NCBI GenBank assembly: GCA_043754515.1
Contig: JAYUUO010000001.1
Location: 538 to 64,537, forward strand
From: Armatimonadota bacterium
Lineage (GTDB): Bacteria; Armatimonadota; Armatimonadia; Armatimonadales; Armatimonadaceae
Length of the DNA: 64,000 nucleotides
Direction: 5' to 3'
This document shows positions 1 through 9,270 of this stretch, piece by piece (position 1 is the stretch's first letter; each line of letters starts with the position of its first letter). Under the pieces are notes generated by a model. It was not told where the DNA came from. It ran no database searches and was given only the letters and a program-made list of their open reading frames with translations. Made by a program: the position numbers and the translations under genes.

Positions 1-446
1 CCGGAGGGATCGGCCTGTTCACCTACTAAGCGCGTGTCGAGCAGGAACATCTGGAAGTTGAGCCGGATGCTACTCGCGGTGCCGGGAACGCTGAACGACT
101 GCGACAGGGCGTGCGCGGCGGGGCCTGCCTGCGAGACGGTATCGCTCGTCGGGGTGCTGACGGCGTATGTCGTGCCGCCTCCCGGTATCAGGTCGTTGCT
201 AGGGGTGACGGTCGCATAGCCGGGGTCGAATGACGGCGCCGTAGTTCCCGGCTGGTCCAGGTAGAAACGACCGATGCTCCCCGCCTGCTCAAACAGCGTC
301 CAGCCCGGAGGGCGGGCGTTCACCGGCGTCGCTTCAAAGTCGCCGTTTGTGAGTAGGTTGACCGCGAACGCATTCGGGGTCAGGGGGGCGAGTAGCACCA
401 GGCAAAGAAGAGCCAGGTGGCTCCCGTTTCGCGCGCAATTCACCAT
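1..446 (-). CDS. secreted protein, N-terminal part (CDS continues past the window start)
   Basis: Minus-strand ATG at 444-446 preceded by AAGGAAAAAG. My own translation (MVNCARNGSHLALLCLVLLAPLTPNAFAVNLLTNGDFEATP...) stays open to position 1, so it is absent from the ORF track. The N-terminus looks like a signal peptide. Confidence 0.55.
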   Translation of the reverse strand, partial: MVNCARNGSHLALLCLVLLAPLTPNAFAVNLLTNGDFEATPVNARPPGWTLFEQAGSIGRFYLDQPGTTAPSFDPGYATVTPSNDLIPGGGTTYAVSTPTSDTVSQAGPAAHALSQSFSVPGTASSIRLNFQMFLLDTRLVGEQADPS

Positions 447-530
447 GCCGTCTTTTTCCTTCTTGGTAATCATTGTCGTGCCCGGCAGAGCGATACCGCC
501 GGGCATCTGGAGTTGTCCCTTCGGCCCGGA

Positions 531-1991
531 TCAGACCGGCTTCATGAAGCCGAGGTCGGTAGGCGCGAAGCGGCTCAGGTTCGGCAGGAACGAGGCCATT
601 TCGCCGCTCCCGATGCCGAACCATTTGCAGACCGTCGCCGCGTACTGATCCACCGAAGTGGACGGGAGTAGCCGCCCGCGAGCCTGGGCACCGCTCTCCA
701 CGTCGTCGGGGCCGCCAAGCACCAGTGAGGGATACTTGCCGTACATCTTGCCGCCATTCACGCCTCCGCCGAGCACCAACGCATGCGATCCCCAGGCGTG
801 GTCCGTGCCGTCGCCGGAGTTCTGGATGGTGCGCCCGAACTCGCTGAGCGTGAACGACGTCACGCTGTCCGCCACTCCCAACGCGGCGAGCGAGTTGTGG
901 AGTGCCGCGAGGCCGTCGTTGAGTGCCTTCATCAGTTCGGGTTGTGAGGTGCTTTGTAGGTCGTGCGTGTCGAATCCGCCGATTGAGGCGAAGAAGACCT
1001 GCCGCTTGTTCTGGCTCAGGTCGGAACGCGCCGCGATAATGGTCGCGATCTGCTTCATCTGGTCACCGAAGTTGCCCATCGGGAATGGTGTCGTGATCAA
1101 CGCCGCCGCGTTCGCGAGGGCGTCTGAGGCGGACTGCCCGTCACTGATTGCCTTATCGGTGCGGTCGCTGATCGCGTGGACCACCGGGTCCGGGCTTGCG
1201 ATGCGATAGATGTTACGTAGCGCGGTCAGCCGCGCCTGATCCGCCGCCGTGCTATAGTGAAACCCGTTCAGCCGCAATTTGCCGTCCTGTGCGCCGGGCG
1301 GTAGCGATATATAGGGCGCGGTGCCGGTCAGGTACACCGAGCCGCCGCCCGCGACATTGAGCAGAATCGGCACCAGCGGTTGCGGCGTCGTGAAGCCCGC
1401 CCGCGCCGCGAGCACCTTGCCGAGTCCGTTGCCCCAGCCTTCGTCCAGCCCCATTTCCTGCCACGTGTTCGTCTGGATGTTATGGTCGAAGAGCGATTTA
1501 GGACGCTCGCCAGGATTATTTCTGTAGTCAGTTTTGTCCTTGAACGGGCGCAGGAGCGTGCCGACGTTCGCGACGACCGCGAGTTTGCCCGCCCCGTAAA
1601 GATCGTTCAAGCCGGGAATCGTCACGTAGGGCGAGTTTCTCGCGGTCTGGAAGTTCGCCGCCGCGAAGTTGGGGTGGAACCCGAAGCCGAGTGGCAGAGC
1701 GGGGGCGGCGGCGAACGGCAACATCACCAGCCGCTTTGTGCCGTCGCTCTTGTCGAGCAGGCCGATATTCGGGCGGGCGAGTTTATAGGCGTCATACTCG
1801 CTACCCGCGTAGGGCGCGACCATATTTAGCGCGTCGTTGCCGCCGCCCAGGAAGATGCACACGAGTGCCTTGTAGTCGCCGGTAGTGGTTTGCGCAATCG
1901 CGCTCATCAGACCGAGACGGTACGCAAGCGCGGACGCGCCCAGCATGACGCCGCCGCGCAACAGGTTGCGCCGTGAGAGGAGATGATCCAT
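531..1991 (-). CDS. DUF1501-family (sulfatase-fold) protein with Tat-type signal
   Basis: 486-aa ORF with an N-terminal SRRNLLRGG twin-arginine motif and SIGGFDTHD. It lies directly downstream of a DUF1800 gene, which is the usual pairing. Confidence 0.8.
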   Translation of the reverse strand: MDHLLSRRNLLRGGVMLGASALAYRLGLMSAIAQTTTGDYKALVCIFLGGGNDALNMVAPYAGSEYDAYKLARPNIGLLDKSDGTKRLVMLPFAAAPALPLGFGFHPNFAAANFQTARNSPYVTIPGLNDLYGAGKLAVVANVGTLLRPFKDKTDYRNNPGERPKSLFDHNIQTNTWQEMGLDEGWGNGLGKVLAARAGFTTPQPLVPILLNVAGGGSVYLTGTAPYISLPPGAQDGKLRLNGFHYSTAADQARLTALRNIYRIASPDPVVHAISDRTDKAISDGQSASDALANAAALITTPFPMGNFGDQMKQIATIIAARSDLSQNKRQVFFASIGGFDTHDLQSTSQPELMKALNDGLAALHNSLAALGVADSVTSFTLSEFGRTIQNSGDGTDHAWGSHALVLGGGVNGGKMYGKYPSLVLGGPDDVESGAQARGRLLPSTSVDQYAATVCKWFGIGSGEMASFLPNLSRFAPTDLGFMKPV

Positions 1992-2017
1992 GTTCGAGAA
2001 ACCTTTCTTCGCACTAA

Positions 2018-3769
2018 CTAGCGTTCGACCTGGTATTCGTTCGACGCCGCAGTCAGGAACAGAGCGGTACGCGCCCGGTTCAGCCGGTTCGCGGGGGTAT
2101 CGGTGGCGGAAATGGCGTTCACTGCGTTCGTGATCTCGACGCGCATCGCCGTGCTCATCTCGCCGTGCAGGAGCCGCTGATTGACCAGATTAATCAGCGT
2201 GGTCGTGTCGAGCGCGACATTCTGGTAGTCCGCGATATTGATCGAGGTGACCAAGGTCGTGACCCCGATGCCCGCGCCGCCGAGTTTCCCGTCGCGGATC
2301 AGGTCGTTGGCGAAGTTGATCCGCCGGATAGCCGTAACGGTGGTGAATGTCATCGCCTCCGGCGCAGAGTAGGAGAGATTGTCCGGGGCGGTGATCCGGT
2401 AGTCCGGGTGATAGAAGCTGAACACGTTCGGCGGCGACATCGGGTCCTGTCCCGCGTCTGCTGCCCAGTTCTCGATCCCGTACAGGTCGCCCTGCGCCTC
2501 GAACTGCCGCAGAAGCGCGGTCAGGTATAGGACTCCGGAACGCCAGTGCCCGTACCCGGCCGTGGAGCGGGCGTTGACCGCGTCGCGCGCTTCGGCGTCG
2601 AGCAGGATCGCCTTCACGACCGATTTCATGTCGCCGCGAACCCCCGAGCCGTTGTTCTTGAACACCTGCACCACGCGCCCGACGTATGCGGGTGACGGCG
2701 AGGCGGTGACGAGGTGTTGTATCAGGCGGGTGACCACGAACGGCGGCAGGTTCGGATGCGCGAATATGTTGTCGAGCGCGACATTCAGGTCGTTCTGGCC
2801 GTAAGCGATCAGATTGGCGTTGTTGGTCGTGGTAGAGATCCCCGCCGCGAGTGCCGGTAGCGTCACCCCGTTAAAGAGCGTTTTCGCCCCGGTGTCGTGT
2901 TGCGGTGCCCAGAGTGCCATCGGGGCGGCATAGTTCGGCACGTCCGTCAACCCTGTCACCACTTGACCGGGGCGCGGCCCGAACGTCCATCCGGTAAACA
3001 CGCGTGCGAACTCGGTCACTTCGGCGTTGCTGTACGTCGGAAGGGGGTGCCCGCCGACGTCCGTCTTCACGGTACCGTCGTCATTGAGTTGGAATACCCC
3101 GAGCGTGAAGAGTTGCATCAGCTCGCGCGAAAAGTTCTCGTTAGCGCGGCTGTTCGTCGTCGGGTTCGCCTTCGCATTGTTGAGCATGTCGAGGTACGTG
3201 CCCATCGCGGCCGTCTTCGTCATGCTCGCCATGAGATCCCGGTAGTTGCCGAGGCCGTACTTGTGGAGGGCATTCTGGTAGGGGATCATCACGTTGGCAC
3301 GGTCGCTACCGTTGAACGCCGCGTCCTTGCTGTTGACGACCATCACCTGGCTGAGCGCGAACGCGATGCGCTGACGCAACTGATCCGGCTTGCGGACCGC
3401 GTTCTGGATAAACCGTATCAAGAAGCCGTGCGCGGCGTGGTCAGTATAAAGGTAGTTGTAGTTAGAGATGGGCGCGGCGAACTGTTCGTCAAGGAACGCC
3501 GAGTAGCCTATCGTCTGCACGTGCGCGACATCGGTTTGCGTCGCCCCGAACGTACACTGGTCGAGGAACCGCGTCGCGTCCTCGACCGAGATCGCAGCGG
3601 GTGCCGTGTCCGTCACCGGAGTACGCGGCGAGACGACGCGCTGGCGCGGGGTTTGTCGCGCGAAGGCGGGTAGCGTCAACGCCATCGGCAGGATCGTAAA
3701 AGCGGCGAGCACGGAGAAAAAACCCGGAGGGGTCACGCAACTACGCCGGGTTGCACGGGAGAAACTCAT
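2018..3769 (-). CDS. DUF1800-family protein
   Basis: ORF 2018-3847. Start placed at the internal ATG 3767-3769 (MSFSRATRR... followed by a hydrophobic segment, AAAGGA about 9 nt upstream). ELMQLFTLGV-type motifs and partnership with DUF1501. The start is uncertain. Confidence 0.72.
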   Translation of the reverse strand: MSFSRATRRSCVTPPGFFSVLAAFTILPMALTLPAFARQTPRQRVVSPRTPVTDTAPAAISVEDATRFLDQCTFGATQTDVAHVQTIGYSAFLDEQFAAPISNYNYLYTDHAAHGFLIRFIQNAVRKPDQLRQRIAFALSQVMVVNSKDAAFNGSDRANVMIPYQNALHKYGLGNYRDLMASMTKTAAMGTYLDMLNNAKANPTTNSRANENFSRELMQLFTLGVFQLNDDGTVKTDVGGHPLPTYSNAEVTEFARVFTGWTFGPRPGQVVTGLTDVPNYAAPMALWAPQHDTGAKTLFNGVTLPALAAGISTTTNNANLIAYGQNDLNVALDNIFAHPNLPPFVVTRLIQHLVTASPSPAYVGRVVQVFKNNGSGVRGDMKSVVKAILLDAEARDAVNARSTAGYGHWRSGVLYLTALLRQFEAQGDLYGIENWAADAGQDPMSPPNVFSFYHPDYRITAPDNLSYSAPEAMTFTTVTAIRRINFANDLIRDGKLGGAGIGVTTLVTSINIADYQNVALDTTTLINLVNQRLLHGEMSTAMRVEITNAVNAISATDTPANRLNRARTALFLTAASNEYQVER

Positions 3770-3947
3770 ACGAACTATCCTTTCATCGGGAACGGAGGGT
3801 GAGGATCCACCCTTTGAAGTTATTCCACACTTGCCCGCCGGAATCATACCGCCGAAATACTAGTTTCTTTACGCGGCTTTTCAAGAGGGCGTCATGGCCC
3901 TGAGAAAACAAGTTTCAGACCCCGCGAAAACAAACTTTTACAAACCC

Positions 3948-3976
3948 TTGACTTTGTGTATAAATTACATTATCAT
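3948..3976 (+). promoter_or_regulatory. sigma70-like promoter candidate
   Basis: TTGACT (3948-3953), 17 nt, TATCAT (3971-3976), in an AT-rich divergent intergenic region about 40 nt upstream of ATG 4019. GGAAGGA repeats lie before the start. Confidence 0.45.
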
Positions 3977-4018
3977 AGTCGTGTAGGAACGACGGAAGGA
4001 AACGGAAGGACGAAAGCA

Positions 4019-4819
4019 ATGAAAGTAGAAGGGCTGATTATTGACCCGCAGGTTGATTTCTGCGACCAGAAAAGCGGGACGCTGTATGTCAGCGGCGCGG
4101 AGGACGACACGCGGCGGCTCGCCGCGATGGTGACGCGGCTCGGCAAGCGCGTGGACGATTACCACGTGACGCTCGATAGCCACCACCGAGTTGACATCGC
4201 GCACCCGATCTTCTGGAAGGACTCCGCGGGCAAGCACCCGGACCCGTTCACGATCATCACGCTCGCCGACCTGGACAGCGGGCGGTGGACGACCACTAAC
4301 CCCGGCTTCTTCCGCCGGTCGCACGATTATGTGAAGGCGCTCGAAGCCGGGGGACGATACCCGCTCTGCATCTGGCCCTACCACTGCCTGATCGGGAGTA
4401 CTGGCCACACCGTGATGCCGGAACTGCTCGCCGCGCTGGGGGACTGGGAGCGCGACAACTTCGCGGTCGTGGACTTCGTGACGAAAGGCTCCAACATTTT
4501 CACCGAGCATTACAGCGCGGTGAAAGCGGATGTGCCCGACCCACAGGACCCGACGACGCAGATCAACAAGACGCTGATCAAGACGCTGATGGATAGCGAC
4601 CTGGTGTTCATCGCCGGGCAGGCACTCTCCCACTGCGTCGCGAACACGGTGCGCGACATCGCGGACGCGTTCGGGGACGAATCGTATGTCAAGAAGCTGG
4701 TGCTGATAACAGACGCGTCGTCAAGCGTCGGCGGGTTCGAGACGCTGGGCACCGATTTCGTGCGTGAGATGACGGCGCGGGGCATGCAGACCGCGACCAC
4801 GGTGGACTTCCTGCGCTGA
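4019..4819 (+). CDS. isochorismatase/nicotinamidase-fold cysteine hydrolase
   Basis: ORF 3956-4819, with start placed at ATG 4019 (MKVEGLIIDPQVDF...). Asp in IIDPQVDF and Cys in GQALSHCVANTV match the family D-K-C pattern. Confidence 0.7.
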   Translation: MKVEGLIIDPQVDFCDQKSGTLYVSGAEDDTRRLAAMVTRLGKRVDDYHVTLDSHHRVDIAHPIFWKDSAGKHPDPFTIITLADLDSGRWTTTNPGFFRRSHDYVKALEAGGRYPLCIWPYHCLIGSTGHTVMPELLAALGDWERDNFAVVDFVTKGSNIFTEHYSAVKADVPDPQDPTTQINKTLIKTLMDSDLVFIAGQALSHCVANTVRDIADAFGDESYVKKLVLITDASSSVGGFETLGTDFVREMTARGMQTATTVDFLR

Positions 4820-4835
4820 GGCGCGGCTGACTGGC

Positions 4836-4866
4836 GGCGCGGGCACTACAATTCGGTGCCCGCGCC
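4836..4866 (+). terminator. GC-rich hairpin after the hydrolase gene
   Basis: Perfect 11-bp arms GGCGCGGGCAC / GTGCCCGCGCC with a 9-nt loop, 17 nt after the stop. There is no clear U-tract. It covers the GTG at 4856, which argues for ATG 4883 as the vWA start. Confidence 0.4.
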
Positions 4867-4882
4867 AGAGAGACTTATAACA

Positions 4883-5626
4883 ATGCCTAAACTAAACGAT
4901 GCGACTCTTCAGCAACACAACTCGGGGCACAGCCACTTCGGCTTCTCCGCGACCCGGATTGCCGACCTGGGGGCGAGCGAATATACGCTGGCTTCCGTGA
5001 TAGTGGACGTGAGTTCGTCGGTCGAGGCGTTCGCGTGCGAACTGACCCGCGCGGTGAAGGAGGTCGTCCGCGCCTGCAAGTACAGCCCGCGCGCCGACAA
5101 TCTTCTGATCCGAGTGACCGAGTTCGCGACGAATATCAGTGAGATACACGGGTTCAAGTTGCTCGAAAATTGCAACGAAAGCGACTATGATATGGCCCTG
5201 ACCATCGGTGGCTCGACCAGCTTGTTCGACGCCTGCGCGAACGCGGTGGAGGCGACTTCGGTTTATGCGCGGGATTTGCGTGCGAACGACTACGACGCGA
5301 ACGGCATCGTGGTCGTGATCACCGACGGCGACGACAACAACTCGACGCTTTCGATGAACTCGGTCAAGGACGCGCTCGCCCGCACCCTGAAGGGCGAGTC
5401 GCTGGAGTCGCTGGTCACAATCCTGATCGGGGTCAACATACAGGATCCTCATATCAGCCAGAAACTCAAGGCGTTCCAGAGCGGCGTCGGGTTTACTCAG
5501 TATGTGGAACTTGGCGACGCGGACGCCCGGACGCTGGCTAAACTGGCCGACTTCGTGAGCCGTTCCATCTCCGCGCAGTCACAAAGCTTGGGCACGGGCG
5601 GGCCGAGCGTGAGCCTGACGATTTAG
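4883..5626 (+). CDS. von Willebrand factor A (TerY-like) protein
   Basis: MIDAS-type D-x-S-x-S in VIVDVSSSV, followed by VVVITDGDDN. First gene of a vWA/PP2C/kinase trio. The start could instead be GTG 4856. Confidence 0.8.
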   Translation: MPKLNDATLQQHNSGHSHFGFSATRIADLGASEYTLASVIVDVSSSVEAFACELTRAVKEVVRACKYSPRADNLLIRVTEFATNISEIHGFKLLENCNESDYDMALTIGGSTSLFDACANAVEATSVYARDLRANDYDANGIVVVITDGDDNNSTLSMNSVKDALARTLKGESLESLVTILIGVNIQDPHISQKLKAFQSGVGFTQYVELGDADARTLAKLADFVSRSISAQSQSLGTGGPSVSLTI

Positions 5627-5627
5627 C

Positions 5628-5783
5628 GGGGAACCTCAATCTACCGCAAGCGAGGTTCCCCCTCTCCGTCCCGGAGAGGGGGGAACCTCGCTTGCGAAAA
5701 TGAACCGACGTCCCCGTGTTCGCCTGCATTTAATCCACGGAACTTTAGGTTCCCCCTTTCCGGGACGGAGAGGGCGCTTGCGG
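5628..5783. repeat. pair of related palindromic (REP/MITE-like) units in the vWA-PP2C spacer
   Basis: Hairpin 5645-5696 has arms CGCAAGCGAGGTTCCCCCTCTCC / GGAGAGGGGGGAACCTCGCTTGCG (23/24 nt, one bulge) and loop GTCCC. A degenerate copy at 5748-5783 (GGTTCCCCCTTTCC GGGAC GGAGAGGG CGCTTGCGG) has the loop inverted. An extra GGGGAACCTC lies at 5628-5637. Confidence 0.7.
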
Positions 5784-5849
5784 TAAATTAAGGTCTCTCG
5801 GCACGGTCACGGGCGCGCCGCACCCAAGAGGAGAGGGAAGTTAAACACC

Positions 5850-6725
5850 ATGATACACGGGGATGCCGCGTTTCGGATCGGTAAGACACACACGGTTTGC
5901 GAGGATTATGCCATTGCGCGAACCGACGATCAGACCGCTCGCGCAAGCGTATGGCTCTCGGACGGCTGTTCATCAAGCCCGCATACCGACATCGGGGCGC
6001 GGCTCCTGGTCCACACCGCGGCGGCGCGGGTGGGCGAGTTCAAGGCGGTAGCAACTGGCGAGGCGTCATGCCGCGTTGCATCCCTAGATGGTTTAATCGC
6101 TACTATAATGATGCACGCTGTCACGGGTGTCGAACATACTGGTTTGCCAACCGACTGCCTCGATGCCACGCTTCTCGGTCTGGTCGCCGGGGATACGGGC
6201 GCGGTTCATGCGATCCTGTACGGAGACGGGGCAGTTATTTGGGGTTTGCGGGACGGCAGCCGGATCGTGTACCGCTCGCGGTATCCGGCGAGTTTCCCGT
6301 TCTACCCCGCATATGTCGGCGACGTGGACCGGCGGGCGCGCTGGGAGCGGACGCCGGACAACGGGCAAACGCTCACCCGCACAGTTCTGGAGCCGGACGG
6401 AGCGGTATGCGACGAGGAAACGAGTTGCCCGGACGAGGGCAGTCATTTGCTGTCGCATTCGTGGGACGATTTGTGCTGGGCGGCGGTGGTGTCGGACGGC
6501 ATCGAATCGTTCCAGCAAGTCGGCAATGGGACCGGGCGCGCGGCCACGTCGGTCGGCTACCTGGATGTGCTACGCGAACTGACGGCGTTCAAAAACTTCC
6601 GGGGCGAGTTCGCGCGCCGCCGGGTGCGGGCGTTCGCGAAAGACGCCGACCAGCGCGGCTGGCACCACAACGACGACCTCTCGATAGCGGCATTGTATTT
6701 CGGCGATGGCAACCCCACCGAGTGA
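5850..6725 (+). CDS. PP2C-like Ser/Thr protein phosphatase
   Basis: GKTHTVCEDY, WLSDGCSSS and VVSDGIESF (metal-binding Asp/Gly motifs of PP2C_2-type phosphatases). GGAGAGGGAAG lies upstream of the ATG at 5850. Confidence 0.8.
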   Translation: MIHGDAAFRIGKTHTVCEDYAIARTDDQTARASVWLSDGCSSSPHTDIGARLLVHTAAARVGEFKAVATGEASCRVASLDGLIATIMMHAVTGVEHTGLPTDCLDATLLGLVAGDTGAVHAILYGDGAVIWGLRDGSRIVYRSRYPASFPFYPAYVGDVDRRARWERTPDNGQTLTRTVLEPDGAVCDEETSCPDEGSHLLSHSWDDLCWAAVVSDGIESFQQVGNGTGRAATSVGYLDVLRELTAFKNFRGEFARRRVRAFAKDADQRGWHHNDDLSIAALYFGDGNPTE

Positions 6726-6751
6726 ATCGAGCGCGGGGAAGGAGTTACACA

Positions 6752-8452
6752 ATGGATCTTTCGATAAACGGTAAAACGCGGATCACGCTGTCGCCGTCCG
6801 ACTTCAAAGCGGCGGGCGGCGAGGGCGCGGTCTACGTCAAGTCAGGCACCGCCTTCAAGCTATACGGGCAGGGGGACGCGAATGGAAAGTTCGTGTTCGC
6901 CCCTAAGAAGATGATCCCCGAGGGCAAAATCCAGGAGCTAGGCACGCTGTCCGCCGCCGACATCATACGCCCGCAAGAGATACTACGCGACAAAGGGGGC
7001 ACGGCGGTCGGCTACACGATGCGAGCGGTGCCGGACGCCGTACCGCTCTGCCAGCTCTTCACGAAGTCGTTCCGCGATCGTTACCACGTCTCGCCTGATT
7101 GCGCGCTGGATCTGGTTCAGAAATTACAGGCGGGCGTCCGGCACGTCCACGAACGCGGCATCCTGATCGTGGACCTGAACGAAACCAACTTCTTGGTAGA
7201 TACGGGGTTCCAGCACGTGTTTTTCATTGACGTAGACTCGTACCAGACCGCGCACTACCCCGCCACCGCCATCATGGAGTCCGTGCGTGACCGCCATAGC
7301 CGGACATTCAGCGAGGGGACGGACTGGTTCTCGTTCGCCCTGATCAGTTTCCAGATGCTGGTCGGTATCCACCCGTTCAAAGGCAAGCACCCCGATCTGC
7401 AAACGCTGGACGAGAGGATGAAGGCGAACGTCAGCGTGCTAAACCCCGCCGTTCGCGTCCCCGGTGCCTGCCAGCCGATCAGCGTCTTACCGGCGGTCTA
7501 CCGCGATTGGTACGAGGCGGTGTTCGAGCGCGGCGAACGCGTGCCGCCCCCGAACTTGCTGATGTCCGTGATCGTCGCCTCGCCGACCATCACGCAGGTG
7601 CCCGGCTCGGACAACTTCCTGATCAAGAAACTGCTGACGTACGACGGCGCGATTATCGCGGTGGTCGGCGGCAACGTCCTGACCACGCGCGGGGTCTGGG
7701 CGGGCGCGCATCGGCAGGGGGCGGCTCCCGTCGGCGCGGTGCTGGGCGTCACCCCAAATAACCATCCAGTAATCGGGTGGCTCGACGGCGACCGTTTGCG
7801 CCTCACCGACGTCACGCGGCAACAGGAAATCGCGCTGGACGTCAACGTGGAGGCGATCATGGCGACGGGCGGGTATATCTACGCGCGGCAAGGCGACATG
7901 CTGGTGGAAGTCTCGCTGACGGAGATGCCGAACCGACTGCTCGCGAGCGTGACGGTGGTTGGGAACGTACTGGGGCAGGCGACGCAACTCTTCGAGGGCG
8001 TCGCCGTTCAGAGTCTGCTCGGTGCCACGTACCTCGGGCTACTGCCGGGCGGAGGGCGGTTCCACGAGATCCGCGCCCCGGAACTGGACGGCTACCGAAT
8101 CGCGGATGCCCGGTTCGAGCGTGGGGTTCTGGTGGCGGTCGGGCAGAACGGGCAGGGACGCTACGACCGTTTCGTGCTCCGCTTCAACGACACCCTGACG
8201 CACTACGACACACGCGACACCCCGGACGTGTCCCCGACCGGCGTCAACTTCGCGGTGCTCGACACCGGGATCGTCGCGCTACTCGGCGAGGACGAACATC
8301 TCGAACTGTTCGCCAAACTCCCCGGCTCGCCCGCCGTGAAAAAGATCGGCGACAAGGGGATTGACGGCTCATGCCACCTGTTCGCGCGGGGAGCGCAAGC
8401 ACTGATCGCGCGGGGTGACGCGCTGTTCAACATCACGCGGAACACGCCGTGA
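6752..8452 (+). CDS. Ser/Thr protein kinase-like protein with about 330-aa C-terminal beta-rich region
   Basis: The true start is ATG 6752 (GGAAGGAG upstream), inside the long ORF 5897-8452. Motifs: GGEGAVYVK, AFKLY, HERGILIVDLNETNFLV, FFIDVDSY, TDWFSFALISFQMLVGIHPF. Confidence 0.8.
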   Translation: MDLSINGKTRITLSPSDFKAAGGEGAVYVKSGTAFKLYGQGDANGKFVFAPKKMIPEGKIQELGTLSAADIIRPQEILRDKGGTAVGYTMRAVPDAVPLCQLFTKSFRDRYHVSPDCALDLVQKLQAGVRHVHERGILIVDLNETNFLVDTGFQHVFFIDVDSYQTAHYPATAIMESVRDRHSRTFSEGTDWFSFALISFQMLVGIHPFKGKHPDLQTLDERMKANVSVLNPAVRVPGACQPISVLPAVYRDWYEAVFERGERVPPPNLLMSVIVASPTITQVPGSDNFLIKKLLTYDGAIIAVVGGNVLTTRGVWAGAHRQGAAPVGAVLGVTPNNHPVIGWLDGDRLRLTDVTRQQEIALDVNVEAIMATGGYIYARQGDMLVEVSLTEMPNRLLASVTVVGNVLGQATQLFEGVAVQSLLGATYLGLLPGGGRFHEIRAPELDGYRIADARFERGVLVAVGQNGQGRYDRFVLRFNDTLTHYDTRDTPDVSPTGVNFAVLDTGIVALLGEDEHLELFAKLPGSPAVKKIGDKGIDGSCHLFARGAQALIARGDALFNITRNTP

Positions 8453-8518
8453 CCTGGGCCGATTCGGATGAATGGGAGTGGGGGCGGACGATGCGCTTGC
8501 GGCGTGGGAGTGCGGGCG

Positions 8519-8743
8519 ATGAATCGCACACAGTTCGTGCTATCCGCACTGAGGCGCGGCTTCGACATCGGCGCGGGCGATGTCCGTTTTCTCGAAGACG
8601 CATTCGTCGAATATCTCAACCATCCGGTATTCGAGCGATGGGTTTACTATGTCGCCCCCGGCTGTTATGAAATCTATAAAATGTCCTACGACCCACTCGT
8701 CGCCGTCAAAGAAGTCCTCACAACTGTAAAACATACAACTTAA
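8519..8743 (+). CDS. hypothetical small protein
   Basis: ORF 8468-8743 (alternative ATGs at 8468 and 8519), downstream of the kinase on the same strand. No recognisable motif. AT-richer than its surroundings. Confidence 0.3.
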   Translation: MNRTQFVLSALRRGFDIGAGDVRFLEDAFVEYLNHPVFERWVYYVAPGCYEIYKMSYDPLVAVKEVLTTVKHTT

Positions 8744-8791
8744 CGCTCGTATCCCATACCAGGAAGCACGCTCCCACTCCGTCCCCTGATC

Positions 8792-9085
8792 TCATTCATG
8801 CCACCCGGCAGGAGGAAATGATACAGAAGGGCTGCCCAACCTGATCAATAAACTGTTGCATCGCTTCAGAATACCCACGCGAATATGGACGACCTCGGCT
8901 TCCTCCGCAACGCCACAAAGACGCTCCGCTTCGTCCACCAGAGGCAACATATCCTCCGGAAGGAATCCACACTCCCGAAGCGACATGGCCATGAACTTCA
9001 CGACTCTGGGTGCATCTTCGTCGCTGTATCCTACAGCCGGATCCTCGTCCGAGAGTTTTTGACAGTGGTCAAATAAGGTGATCAT
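8792..9085 (-). CDS. hypothetical acidic protein (97 aa)
   Basis: ORF on the track. Its ATG overlaps the stop of the upstream small ORF (ATGA at 9082-9085). No recognisable motif. Confidence 0.4.
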   Translation of the reverse strand: MITLFDHCQKLSDEDPAVGYSDEDAPRVVKFMAMSLRECGFLPEDMLPLVDEAERLCGVAEEAEVVHIRVGILKRCNSLLIRLGSPSVSFPPAGWHE

Positions 9086-9270
9086 AATGTAACACCCATA
9101 CTCGACTCTTCCTTCATCACCGCATCACCTCTGACTATATTGGATGGGGCCTGGAAGAACACGAAATGGAGGCGCATCGCCTCTAGCCGCGCGACGATGG
9201 GGTGCTGGGGCTTCGCCCTGAAGCGGTCGAAGAACCTGCTAATCATCGTGCCACTTTGGGTCGTTCGCAT
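9082..9270 (-). CDS. hypothetical small protein (54-62 aa)
   Basis: Short ORF packed between the 150-aa and 97-aa ORFs. An internal ATG at 9246 would reduce its overlap with the upstream gene. Support is positional only. Confidence 0.25.
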   Translation of the reverse strand: MRTTQSGTMISRFFDRFRAKPQHPIVARLEAMRLHFVFFQAPSNIVRGDAVMKEESSMGVTL

